Assembly (NCBI RefSeq): GCF_022539665.2
Contig: NC_081333.1
Location: 9,734,001-9,798,000, forward strand
Origin: Daphnia carinata
Taxonomy: Eukaryota
Direction of reading: 5' to 3'
Length of the DNA: 64,000 bases
This document shows positions 36,458 to 48,014 of the stretch, one piece after another. The translations under genes were made by a program, and so were the position numbers. Position 1 is the stretch's first letter; every line of letters begins with the position of its first letter. A model generated the notes under the pieces. That model was not told the DNA's origin, did not search any database, and saw only the letters and a program-made list of their open reading frames with translations.

Positions 36458-38750
36458 AGAATGCTTACAGATAAACGATAAACCAATACCCGTCACCTTA
36501 CCATCTAATGTGACAAAAACAAATAAAACAAAGCCAAAAAAAAAATTGATAAATGCAATGTGTGAACAAAGCTAACACAGACAATGAAAGAAACGAATTT
36601 TGCAAAAAATATTTTATTAAAAAAATTTTATTGACAATTCTCTGCACATTACAATTATTTTTGCAACTTTAAAAAGGCACAATAGCCCTTTCAAAAGTTG
36701 CCGTCAACCCAGACAGGGGGAGACACTGCCTTGTTGACCCACCGGGGAGATTACCCGGTGATTGGCTAAGAGAAGCCGGAAGAAGAGCTGAAGATTTGGA
36801 ACATTTTTACAGGAGCGATTAACCTTTAGTTCGGATTTGTGGGCAGCCACGTCACCCTCCGTGAACACATCATCGGACGAAGCGGCACCCCACGTCCCCT
36901 TTCCGGCCAGAGCCCTCCAAACCTCGGTATATGTTGTTTTTATATATACCGTACAGTAGGGGCATGACCCCCTACGGGCTTATTATGAGTCAAGGGGAAA
37001 CGGGGCTTCAGAAAAGAAGGGAGCCCAGATATGCACTTCAATTTTTTTAATATCAAATACCGTCTGGGGAATCCGAATTAAGTATAGCAATGTCATGTCA
37101 TCCATCCAATCAATACAATTTATTCAGTGTCTTGCCCCAACCAAGAATCTTTTCAGATCCAATGTTACTATTAACCTATATTGAGAAAAGAAAAACAACA
37201 CCGTTAAACACATCAATTGTTGATCATGGAACTTACATGACTCATAGATTCAACTTCTGGCAGAAGCTTGGGAAAGGACATACAAATTGCAGATTAACTT
37301 CATTGTATAAGGCTCTTAAATGATAAACTAGCACCTGTAGAATGTTGCATTGTTGATAGTTGTGTTCCCAGTACATGAAAATCCTTTCCTATTGGATAAA
37401 ATTTTTTTTGGTAGATAAGACCTGGTTGGCAAAAAGGAGGAGAAATTCTTCGTCATAAATTCAAAATTATTTGAAGAAAAATCCTTTCATACCTAAAGAG
37501 TCCATATATGATGTTCATCTCGGCAATAGCAGCAAAATTAAAACATCTTTAGGGCCATTTAAGTACCCAGTTTCCCCAACACTCTGAACGTAAAGGACAA
37601 GTTGTTCTTTAGACAGAGAAGCAGAATTATTTGAGGCTTCTAGCTGTGACAGAACTATAAAGGATTGCTGTTGTACTGGATTCATTAACACAAGATGGTA
37701 CTTCTCATTAGACAATTTGCATTACTCAATTAATTTACCTCACACCTTACGGTAATGCACTCTCAGTGTTTTTTCATCTGTAGGCTCACTCTTCCATCCT
37801 GTAACACTTCCAGACTTGACTTGATCCCCCGTTAAAATCTGTGAATGCAAAATAATAGCATTAAAAATACTTTTCCGACAGACAAAAAACCGAAAAGTAC
37901 CTAATTCATGTTTTATGTTGAACTCGTGCTATTTCTGGGTTTCCGTACCACACCCATTTTCAGCCCAAATACGGTCCCACAATTGTTCACTTCCTTCGCT
38001 GCATGGACTTATTACTAACCATTCTTTTAGTGCAGCACTAACAGAATTTAACTTTAACACACTGTCAGGTGGTAGACTAATAACTAAACAATAAATAATT
38101 GTTTTTTAAAATTCTATACTTATTTTGAATTCTTATTTGAAAAGTTTAGGTACCTGACTGTTCGCCTAATGCCAATTCATCCTCATGTTCAGTTAGGGAT
38201 GAGTTTGGAAAAACCTCCTTCACTGTTTGGAAACTGTTCCATTCCAATTTGTTCTTTTCCCCTAGCTGAGCTTGTAGACTCGAAATTTGAGCTACAAAAC
38301 ACAAATGAATAAAAGCAAATAAATAGAATCATTACGTATTAGGCCTTACCATCCTTAGCTTTGCTGTTATCTAATATTTTGTGTTGTTCCAATAATTGGG
38401 CCTGCAGCTTCATAATTTGATCTAATAAACAATAATTAATAATTGAAAACCAATATAATAATGTTTATACTTACCATCCTTTTGTTGTATTATCTTATCC
38501 ATTTTTCAATTGTTCCTCCAACCACGCGTTATTCTCCATCCACGCTACTGAAATAACTGCGAATGGCATCCAATGGACTGAAATTGCCTACGCCAGTAAT
38601 AACGAGTCTGAGCGGTAGATGGCTACGTGTCGGAAAAAAAGAAAAAAGTGCGATTTTTTTTTTTTCCGCCATTTTTTTTTTTTTTTTTTTATGTAAAACG
38701 GATTGCCATATTTTACACAAAAAAAAAAAAAATTTCGCCAAAAAAAGAAA
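36458..38750 (-). repeat. Repeat E, copy B (inverted relative to copy A)
   Basis: Reverse complement of copy A. Ends in GTAAAACGGATTGCCATA at ~38693-38710. Retains the second exon that copy A lacks. Confidence 0.92.
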
Positions 38751-38809
38751 ATAAACGGAACAACGTGTAATATCTGGATATTTTTTGAAGTAATTTTTTA
38801 TTTTGTTTT

Positions 38810-39230
38810 ACTCGTATAGGAACCGATACCCAGACATTCAGCGTGCAACGCCGATGCTCTAACATTGAGCCACGAGATATATCTAAACATTTTATTATCG
38901 CATATCATATGTTATCGTCTAGGATGTTTATGCAGTCTTTCACAAATATATGTTTATCTTTCTTTTGCGTTCATTAGTTTCATAGCTCTGTAGTATAGCC
39001 TTTAGCTGCGATACCTGTTACCCTGGGTTCAAACCTCAGTAGATGTGTAAAAATGAAGTAGAATAAATGTAGAAGAGTATATTGCAGAATTGCTTTTCAG
39101 TTTTATTCTAAGTGTAAATGCAAGTCCACAAGTGACTAGAAAAAAGCCAACTCGAAATCATATGATTCATGGCTCATTGGTAGAGCATCGGCGCGGTATG
39201 CCGGACATCAAGGGTTCGATCCCTGGATAA
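38810..39230. other. Second copy of the three-tRNA-like cassette
   Basis: Direct repeat of 36031-36453. Unit 3 reads TGGCTCATTGGTAGAGCATCGGCGCGGTATGCCGGACATCAAGGGTTCGATCCCT. Confidence 0.7.
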
Positions 39231-41182
39231 TAATAGAATGCTTACAGATAAACGATAAACCAATGGAAACAATGCGTACCATCAAAGGTGACAAAAACAA
39301 ATAAAACAAAGCAAAAGAAAAAAAGTTGATATATGTAATGTGTGAACACAGACAATGAAAGAAACGAAATTTGCAAAAAATATTTTATAAAAAAAATTTT
39401 ATTGACAATTCTCTGCACATTACAATTATTTTTGCAACTTTAAAAAGGCACAATAGCCCTTTCAAAAGTTGCCGTCAACCCAAGCAGGGGGAGACACTGC
39501 CTTGTTGACCCACCGGGGAGATTACCCGGTGATTGGCTAAGAGAAGCCGGAAGAAGAGCTGAAGATTTGGAACATTTTTACAGGAGCGATTAACCTTTAG
39601 TTCGGATTTGTCGGTAGCCACGTCGCCCTCCGTGAACACATCATCGGACTAAGCGGACCCCCACGTCGCCCTCCGTGAACACATCACCGGACTCCCCACG
39701 TTTTCCGGCCAGAGCCCTCCAAACCTCGGTATATGTTGTTTTTATATATACCGTACAGTAGGGGCATGACCCCCTACGGGCTTATTATGAGTCAAGGGGA
39801 AACGGGGCTTCAGAAAGGAAGGGAGCCCAGATATGCACTTCAATTTTTTTAATATAAAATACCGTCTCGGGAATCCGAATTAAGTATAGAAATGTCATGT
39901 CATCCATTCAATCATTACAATTTATTCAGTGTCTTGCCCCAACCAAGAATCTTTTCAGATCCAATGTTACTATTAACCTATGATGAGAAAAGAAAAACAA
40001 CACCATTAAGCATCTCAATTGTTGCTCATGTGACTTACATGACTCATAGATTCAACTTCTGGCAGAAGCTTGGGAAAGGACATACAAATTGCAGATGAAA
40101 ATCATTGTATAAGGATCTAGAATGATAAAATAGCACCCCTAGAATGTTGCATTGTTGATAGTTGTGTTCCCAGTACATGAAAATCCTTTCCAATTGGATA
40201 AAAATTTTTTTTTAGATTAGACATGGTTGGCAAATAGCAGGAGAAATGCTTTGTCATAAATTAAAAAAATTTTCAAGAAAATTCCTTTCATACCTAAAAA
40301 GTCCATGTATGATGTTCACCGCTGCAATGCCAAAGAAATGAAACATCTTTAGGGCCATTTAAGTACCCAGCTTCACCAACACTCTGAACGTAAAGGACAA
40401 GTTGTTCTTTAGCAAGAGAAGCAAAATTATTTGAGGCTTCTAGCTGTGACAGAACTATAAAGGATTGCTGTTACACAGGATTCATTCACACAAGATGGTA
40501 CTTCTCATTAGACAATTTGCATACTCTATTACTTTACCTCATACCTTAATGGTAATGCACTTTCAGTGTTTTTCAACTGCAGGCTCACTCTTCCATCCTG
40601 TAACACTTCCAGACTTGACTTGATCCCCCACTAAAATTCTGTGAATGCAAAATAATAGCATTAAAAATACTTTTTCGATAGACAAAAAACCGAAAAGTAC
40701 CTAATTCATGTTTTATGTTGAACTCATGCTATTTCTGTGTTTCCTTACCACACCCATTTTCAGCCCAAATACGATCCCACAATTGTTCACTTCCTTCGCT
40801 GCATGGACTTATTACTAACAATTCTTTTAGTGCAGCACTAACAGAATTTAACTTTAACACACTGTCAGGTGGTAGACTGAATAACTAAACAATAAATAAT
40901 TGTTTGTTAAAATTCTATGCTCATTTTGAATTCTTATTTGAAAAGTTTAGGTACCTGACTGTGTTCAGCCTAATGCCTAATGCCAATTCATCCTCATGTT
41001 CATTTAGGGATGAGTTTGGAAAAACCTCCTTCACTGTTTGGAAACTGTTCCGTTCCAATTTGTTCTTTTCCCCTAGCTGAGCTTGTAGACTCAAAATTTG
41101 AGCTACAAAACACAAATGAATAAAAGCAAATAAATAGAATCATTACGTATTAGGCCTTACCATCCTTAGCTTTGCTGTTATC

Positions 41183-41660
41183 TAATATTTTGTGTTGTTC
41201 CAATAATTGGGCCTGCAGCTTCATAATTTGATCTAATAAACAATAATTAATAACTGAAAACCAATATAATAATGTTTACACTTACCATCCTTTTGTTGTA
41301 TTATCTTATCCATTTTTCAGTTGTTCCCCCAGCCACGCGTTATTCTCCATCCACGCTACTGAACTAACTGCGAATGGCATCCAATCAGTGTTTCCCCTTT
41401 CCGCAAAGTGGTATCCCTAGATAATATTTTGTGTTGTTCCAATAATTGGGCCTGCAGCTTCATAATTTGATCTAATAAACAATAATTAATAACTGAAAAC
41501 CAATATAATAATGTTTACACTTACCATCCTTTTGTTGTATTATCTTATCCATTTTTCAGTTGTTCCCCCAGCCACGCGTTATTCTCCATCCACGCTACTG
41601 AACTAACTGCGAATGGCATCCAATCAGTGTTTCCACTTTCCGCAAAGTGGTATCCCTAGA
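41183..41660. repeat. 239-bp tandem duplication spanning the E / hAT left junction
   Basis: 41183-41421 is repeated at 41422-41660, and both units include CATCCAAT-CAGTGTTTCC. Confidence 0.9.
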
Positions 41661-43451
41661 ACGTTGCCAGACTGGTCTCTGGATCCCTATTAAAAAAAAA
41701 TGAAATCCCCAGAAAAATCCCTGTTACCAGAGTTGTTGTCTATAGTCATTTAGCCTGTTGCCAGACTCTCCAGCTTATATATATATTATATATATAGCTT
41801 ATATATATGTATTAATATGTTATATTGTTATATAGCTTGTTCTCTGCCTCTGGTAATAAATAATATTACCAAATTCTCTAATAATATTCCCATTCTCTAC
41901 TTACACGCACGCTATATATAGGAAGGAACAACAAAAACTTACGGGTAGCGAATTGGGTCACATATCCCGATGATAAGCTGCCTGCATCCACGAGCCGTCT
42001 TTCAGGCCGTGGGGAGGCTAACGAACAGCCTACGTTCAACGATCACCTCTTCTCTACCTTTCAGTTTGTGGTTCGATCTTCAAGGTAGTGAACAGTACTA
42101 CAGATCGATTTTTAGCCTGGCAAGGCTTTTTTTGCCATTTTTAGCCTGGCAAGGCTTTTTTTGCCATTTTTAGTGCCATTTAGCCTTTTTATAGTAGTGC
42201 ATTTAGCTCTTCCTTTTCTCTCTTCTTGGTTCTTTCTTTTTTTTCTCTCTCTTTTTTCTTTCTTCTTGTTTTCTCTCTTCTTTTTTTCTTTCTTGATGGC
42301 GTAGAATCTTGCGTCTTGATCTGTTGTAGAAGCTTGCGTAATCCGATGAATCTTGCGTATCTTGAATGAAGATTTGGAGGGAAAGGGAGGGGGGGAAATT
42401 GGCGGTGTCGGGACTTGAACCCGGGGCCTTCAGAATGCGAAGCGAAGGTGGTAACCACTGTGCCAGGACCGCACATTTCAAACTAATTTATTTTTCATCG
42501 ACCTTCGTTCTAATACCGGAGCTATATAATATGTGACTAATGGTAGTGTCGCGCTGTGGTAGGGCGCTGTGGTATAGCACTGAGATCATACGTCGACTGT
42601 CCGTGTTCGGTTCTTATAGACGCCATTGCTTCAAAAAAATTTTTATTATTTTTATAAATGTAAATCAAAAAAATAAAATAACCCATTTTATTTATTTTAG
42701 AACAGTATTAAATCGAACACATTTTAAAAGCAATTAACCAGTGCCCGTCAAAGCCAAACAAGTTACCAGAAAAATTTAAATTGGCTATGGAAATAAAAAC
42801 CATCGGATTGCCCCATCATATTTGTTTAGTTAAGCAATAAAGATATGGTTTTTTCCAAAAATAATTGTCATCGAACTTTCAACGTTATAAAGCCTCAAGA
42901 GAATCACAGCGTTTCCCAATGAACAGTGTATTGCTCACCTAGATAACAAAATTGTGTGAGAGGCCTCGGGTTCATCATGTCTCAACAACAAATTGTTCAT
43001 CATGGTTGAACAAAATAGATTCGTAATTCCTACGTATATATTCAAGGAACTCTCCCCAGCTTTTGCAATTGGGTCAAGTGCTTGTCAAAAATTCAGTCGG
43101 AGACTTGAGTCTTAAAAAATTCGGCGTGCGATATGTTTGGCACAGACGTTTGGAGGATCAAATGGAGTTCGTGGTGTATCCTAGTCAGTGTTACTTTCTG
43201 AAAAGCGTACCGTTCACCATTGTCCGCTTGGTGGCTCTTATTGAGGAACATTTTACTTTTGAAGTTGCATAGAAGCGCCAAAAGCAACAGCGGTTTGGCC
43301 AAAAATCTCAAAATCCCGAGAAATCCACAGAAAATTAAATAGGCCCTAGATAATCCCGGAAACCCTAGATTTCCATAACTGCACCCTAGATTCCAAAAAT
43401 TTTCCTTAAATCCCCCTAAATAGGGTAATATCCCTAGAAGTGGAATGGCTG
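41625..43451. mobile_element. Non-autonomous hAT-like DNA transposon (1827 bp)
   Basis: 8-bp target duplication CATCCAAT (41617-41624 and 43452-43459). Imperfect TIRs CAGTGTTTCCACTT and reverse-complement CAGCCATTCCACTT (11/14). Repeated subterminal CCCTAG-like motifs at both ends. No intact transposase. Confidence 0.8.
42048..42750 (-). repeat. Module T, copy 2 (inside the hAT-like element), with a Val-like tRNA-derived unit 42400-42472 (-) and a second unit 42545-42626 (+)
   Basis: Minus strand reads GCGGTCCTGGCACAGTGGTTACCACCTTCGCTTCGCATTCTGAAGGCCCCGGGTTCAAGTCCCGACACCGCCA, with GCGGT/ACCGC pairing, an A box and a B box. Confidence 0.78.
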
Positions 43452-43844
43452 CATCCAATGGACTGAAATTGCCTACGCCAGTAATAACGGGTCTGAGCGG
43501 TAGATGGCTACGTGTCGGAAAAAAAGAAAAGAGTGTTTTTTTTTTGTTTTTTTGACGAAATTTTTTTTTTTTTTTTCGGGGAAAACGGATTGCCATACAT
43601 ACATACTGGCCTGCGTTTCAAAAGTCGGTTAACACTAAAAAAAAATTTTAATTCCCGCTTCAAAGAGTCATCTAGCGATTACATTTTATACTAGGAACGA
43701 CTTGCTTTTATTGCAGACTAACTTTAATTGTAGTGGTGTGAAAATTAGCTACAGTTGCTATTAGTTGATTCATCTTAAAGCTTTGGCTGGTCGCCGTAGT
43801 AATATTTAACGAAATTGCATTTGTTTTTCTGAATCACGCAAATA

Positions 43845-46446
43845 ATGGCAGATTTGGAAAATTACGATATGGTTTCTGAAAATTCATCTCAGGCTTCCGA
43901 ACATGAAAAAGCCTTGGCTTTGAGCGCCCAACTCGACTTTGAAAAGACAAATTATGAATCCGCCATCCAGCTTCTTTCAAAACTGGAATCCTCTCGACCA
44001 CAGGATCCAAAAGTTATACATAACAAAGCCATAGTGAATTGTTTTAAAGCTGGTTTGACAAACATTGTTCAGCTTCGGAAAGCTCTAACATCAATCGCCA
44101 GACAACTGCAGTGCAATCTTGAAGAACCCAAAACCTTGGTGGATGTAGATCAATGTTATGTGTTCTACAATGAAGCTGTTTTGCTTTATTGTCTTAGACA
44201 GTATCCAAAATCCCTGCAAATTTTGATCAAAATATTCTCTTTGGTTGAGCAGTTGGATGAGAGCTTAGCCCGCCAGGTTTGTTTCCTCCTAGCAGAAGTC
44301 TACCTGCGTCTGAATTTTCCAATCAAAACTCTGAAGATGGTACACTTCATGGAAACAAGCTTGTTGAGTCATGGTGCAAAGCTCAAGTCTACACTGCCTC
44401 TAGAGAGGGAGCGGGATAAAGAAAAAGACTGTGATGGGAAGGAAGACCTCAAAAACAGTTTTGGGGATGAGTTGCTCATTCCACCTGGTGTGCGGATTCG
44501 ATTGCAGCGTTTGAAAATTCGGGCAAATCTTTGTCTCTCCCAGATAGAAGAAGCCGAAAGGGAATTGGCTCTGTTAACCGAGATTGATCCCGAGAACGCT
44601 GCCACACTATGTCTAAAGAGCAAAACCCTTTTCTTCAAAGGCAATTACGTCGAATCATTGAAACAGCTGACATTACCGAAAGACGATGGCCGCTTTAAAG
44701 AACGAGGTGAATCTGATGTCGTAATGTATCACAACAATACCGGTTGTATCTATCACGCAATGGGCAAGTACCACTTAGCGTGTCTTCATTTTCAAAAATC
44801 GCTTAACAAAAGCAGTGAACTTTTTGCCGAGTTTCCGAAACCGTCGACAGGTATACTAACAATTGTTGCGTCTTGTTAAGCCATTTCAGTTTTACAAATT
44901 TATTTTACAAACACTAGGAGACCCAATTTCCAATCGACCTTTGGTCACCATTGGAAGTAACTACAAGTATGAACTTCTGTACAATATGGGGGTCAGTCTA
45001 TTATACGCCCGCAAGCCAGCCGATGCCTTTGATTGTCTCATAGAAGCTGTACAGCTTCACCACAGAGATCCGTTGATCTGGTTACGGCTAGCCGAGTGTT
45101 GTATCCAAGTCCACAAACCTGTAATAAATATTTGCTATCATTATGAGGGTAACTGCCTTATTTTACAGCTCGTTTGAAACTTTGTGCAGGAAAATAGAAA
45201 AGATTTTCGATTGACCGAGCGTCAGCGAGAAATTGTTAAGGCAACCGCTGGATTCGCATCTCACAGAAAAGTTGTGTTGTCTTCTAGGATATCTAACGAC
45301 GACTGCAAAAGGTCTGCAACCAAACAGTATTCGTGGTCTTATTGGCTACTAATGTGAGACGTTTGTAATCGTTGACAGTTCCGAGAATGCAGCCATTCCG
45401 GTGCCTACATTAGAATTCAGCATCTTAGCCCTGCGGAATGCGGAACTATTACTCAATAAATTGATAATACCAAAAGGTGTTGAAGGTATGCATACGTTAT
45501 TAATGATACTGAGTGAATTCTAAAAAACTAGACGTTGTTTTTTTTCCTGTTTTTAGATACCAGTGGTAAGGAAGAGTCTGATTCGAAAGGAAAACCGGAT
45601 TTAAATGTAACACTGAGCGAAGTGAGCACCTTATCCAAATTACGCAAGCCAGAATTCTACCGTAATTTGAAGAACACAATAATCGCCGATAGTTCTTACG
45701 CCGCCCTCTGTTTGGGTGATTACCTCACTTCTCTCTACAAAGCGGAAGAACTGCTAACACAGCCACATCTATCCGGCAATCACAAGTATAAATCTATTTT
45801 TCTTTTCTGTTCGGCAAGCTAAAATAATGTCTTGAAACTTTCTTGATGTTTCAGATTGTTGGGTCACCTCTATGCAGCTGAATCCCTAGTTCTTTTGAAT
45901 CGAATAAATGAAGCGGTACCTCACCTACACCCAGAAAACGTGACGAAGCTTTCGAATTTTTCCTCCACTGAAAATGAAACTTCACAATTTTTGCCTCATA
46001 CATCAGGTAAGCAACATACTGCATTTTCAATAGATTGAATGCATTTAACGTCTTAAAATCCTTTGGTAATAGATTGGTTCCCGACATCCACACAAACAGC
46101 CAAAGTAGTACTACAATATAATCTGAGCACCGTGTACGCCTTAAGAGGGGAATACGAAAAGGCAGGAGAATTGGTCCGTCAGGTATGTTATTACATTTTT
46201 GAAGTGTTTGGATGTTGTTCTTAATTTTAAATGTCATCTACAGTTATGGAACGCCAGCAAAAGTCATGGTATTGACGTCCCTATCCAAGTTGTCACACTG
46301 GCCTTGTACATCGAGTTGCAATTAGGTGAGTCGATTTGTTGAATTATTGTTTTCAGTGAATTAGTACTGACCAATGTGTTGCTTATCCAGGACGAACAGA
46401 AGTTGCTCGAAATATAATTAAACAGCATTGCCCACAATATCGATGA
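43845..46446 (+). CDS. CNOT10: CCR4-NOT transcription complex subunit 10
   Basis: TPR-like protein with DPKVIHNKA, YHNNTGCIYHAMGKY.LA and YELLYNMGVSLLYARKP..AFDCLIEAV....DPLIWLRLAECCI, plus LGHLYAAESLV. Confidence 0.93.
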
Positions 46447-48014
46447 ACGTAAACTCGAAATGAATTGACACGAAACGATAGAATTGGAACACAGAAACGT
46501 CGGCCTCTTTATGGAGTTTAATTAGTCTTTTCACTAATCAACAGTGAAATCAGTGATGGTATACTCTTCCTCGATGTCTTTGTGATGCCGTTTAATATTA
46601 ACATGAATGAATAACAGATTTTTTTAAATTTTGTCCGTTCATGTGGGACACTCTTTACATGACCCATGTTTATAATACATCTGGCTGTTAAAGCCAAACA
46701 GTACAGATGCAACATAGGTGCTATGGAAAGTTTTTATTTACGGTCAAATTCTTCTGTTGACGTCCAGCATAATCCTAAAACGAGATTCCACTCTCACTCA
46801 ACAGGACTGAAGGGGGTGAGACTTGGGTTTGATGAGGTCAGCTCTGGACCCGTGCACGAGTGCTCACGCACGAGAAACATATTCGGCACGTGTAGCTGCT
46901 TCCCTCACCCTCTCGTTGCGTCATTCCGCTCCCTCTGTAACTCATTTGTTAGTCCGTTTCCGAGTTATCGAAAGTAGGAGGGTAAGAACTCGCAGCACGG
47001 AGCCTCATCTTTTCTCACGAGACTCTCTCTCCCCCTTTCGCTTTCTTTTATTTTCCGACTGCACTCCATCTATGTCACCCTAGGCCGCTCTGCACGCATG
47101 GGAGGAGCAAGTGGAGGGAGAAGAATTTTGTTTGTTCGGATCGTCAGGGAGGACTTGCTCCACGTGCCGTTTTTGCCCGAAAGTTACATAAATAGCTGAA
47201 GGCTGGTCACGTATCCCGTCGCTGTTGGTTGAAGGTCAATTTGACGTGCACCAAGACTGCAGGGGGACATGGGCTCCCTTTACTACTACCATCTAGCGGC
47301 GATTCAACAAAGAGTTGCATTACCATGTTAGTTTATCCCTGCTGATTTCGAATTTTCCGCATGGTGTCTCTGCTAGACGACCGTCAACTTGAAACTTGGA
47401 AGGGAAAGTGAAATCAGGCCTTTTTTTTTAACATAGAGCCATGAGATAGGCAGTAGGCCGGGTTGCGGTCGGCAGCTATCGCGAAACACTGATGGAAGGG
47501 GGGCCCAGAAAAGAGGGGTGGGCCTATTCTCTTCGAATAGGGGATGAAGAAGGGAGAGATGATTTAGCCGGAGGGGGCTTACGGGTAAGTTGGGTGGGTA
47601 AGTTCTGCTGTTTGGACTGAAGGCCCCCCTAGTTCGCCACTTCTTCTCGAAAGCAATGGAGGCCTAAAAACGTTGGCTCTCTCTCTCCTTTTTTCCCCCT
47701 CTTCTTCTTTCCTTTTTTCCCTTCTTAATTTGCAGTTCGTCGTTGTGTGGTTTTTGTGGTTGTTCCGCTGTTACGAAAATAACTTGACCGAATTATTAGC
47801 TGAATCTTTAGTTAAACAAAAGAAAGAGCAAAAACATTGGGACATCGATGAAGTCGTGTGTCGTGTGCTAAGTGTGAACGGAAAGGTTTCTCTCGCAGCA
47901 GCAGTTGGTCATTTCCGGTCAGTAATCAAACGCCCGAACAAGTGCAGTCCTGTGGACTGTTGGTCAGATTCATAGATTTACAACCAAGAACACCGCGTCC
48001 GGTCTTCTCGGCGA

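Larger units (their letters stand above)
39235..43577 (-). repeat. Repeat E, copy C, interrupted by an insertion at 41625-43451 and resuming at 43452-43577
   Basis: Direct repeat of copy B. The intact sequence GAATGGCATCCAATGGACTGAAATT (38561-38585) is split at CATCCAAT. Confidence 0.9.

Noticed and set aside
33225..42626. Calling the tRNA-like units functional tRNA genes
   Set aside because: Acceptor stems and some arms are mispaired, anticodon loops are non-canonical, and copies differ at core positions.
42760..43272. Transposase remnant inside the hAT-like element
   Set aside because: Only short stop-ridden frames with no recognisable hAT motif; cannot be supported by eye.
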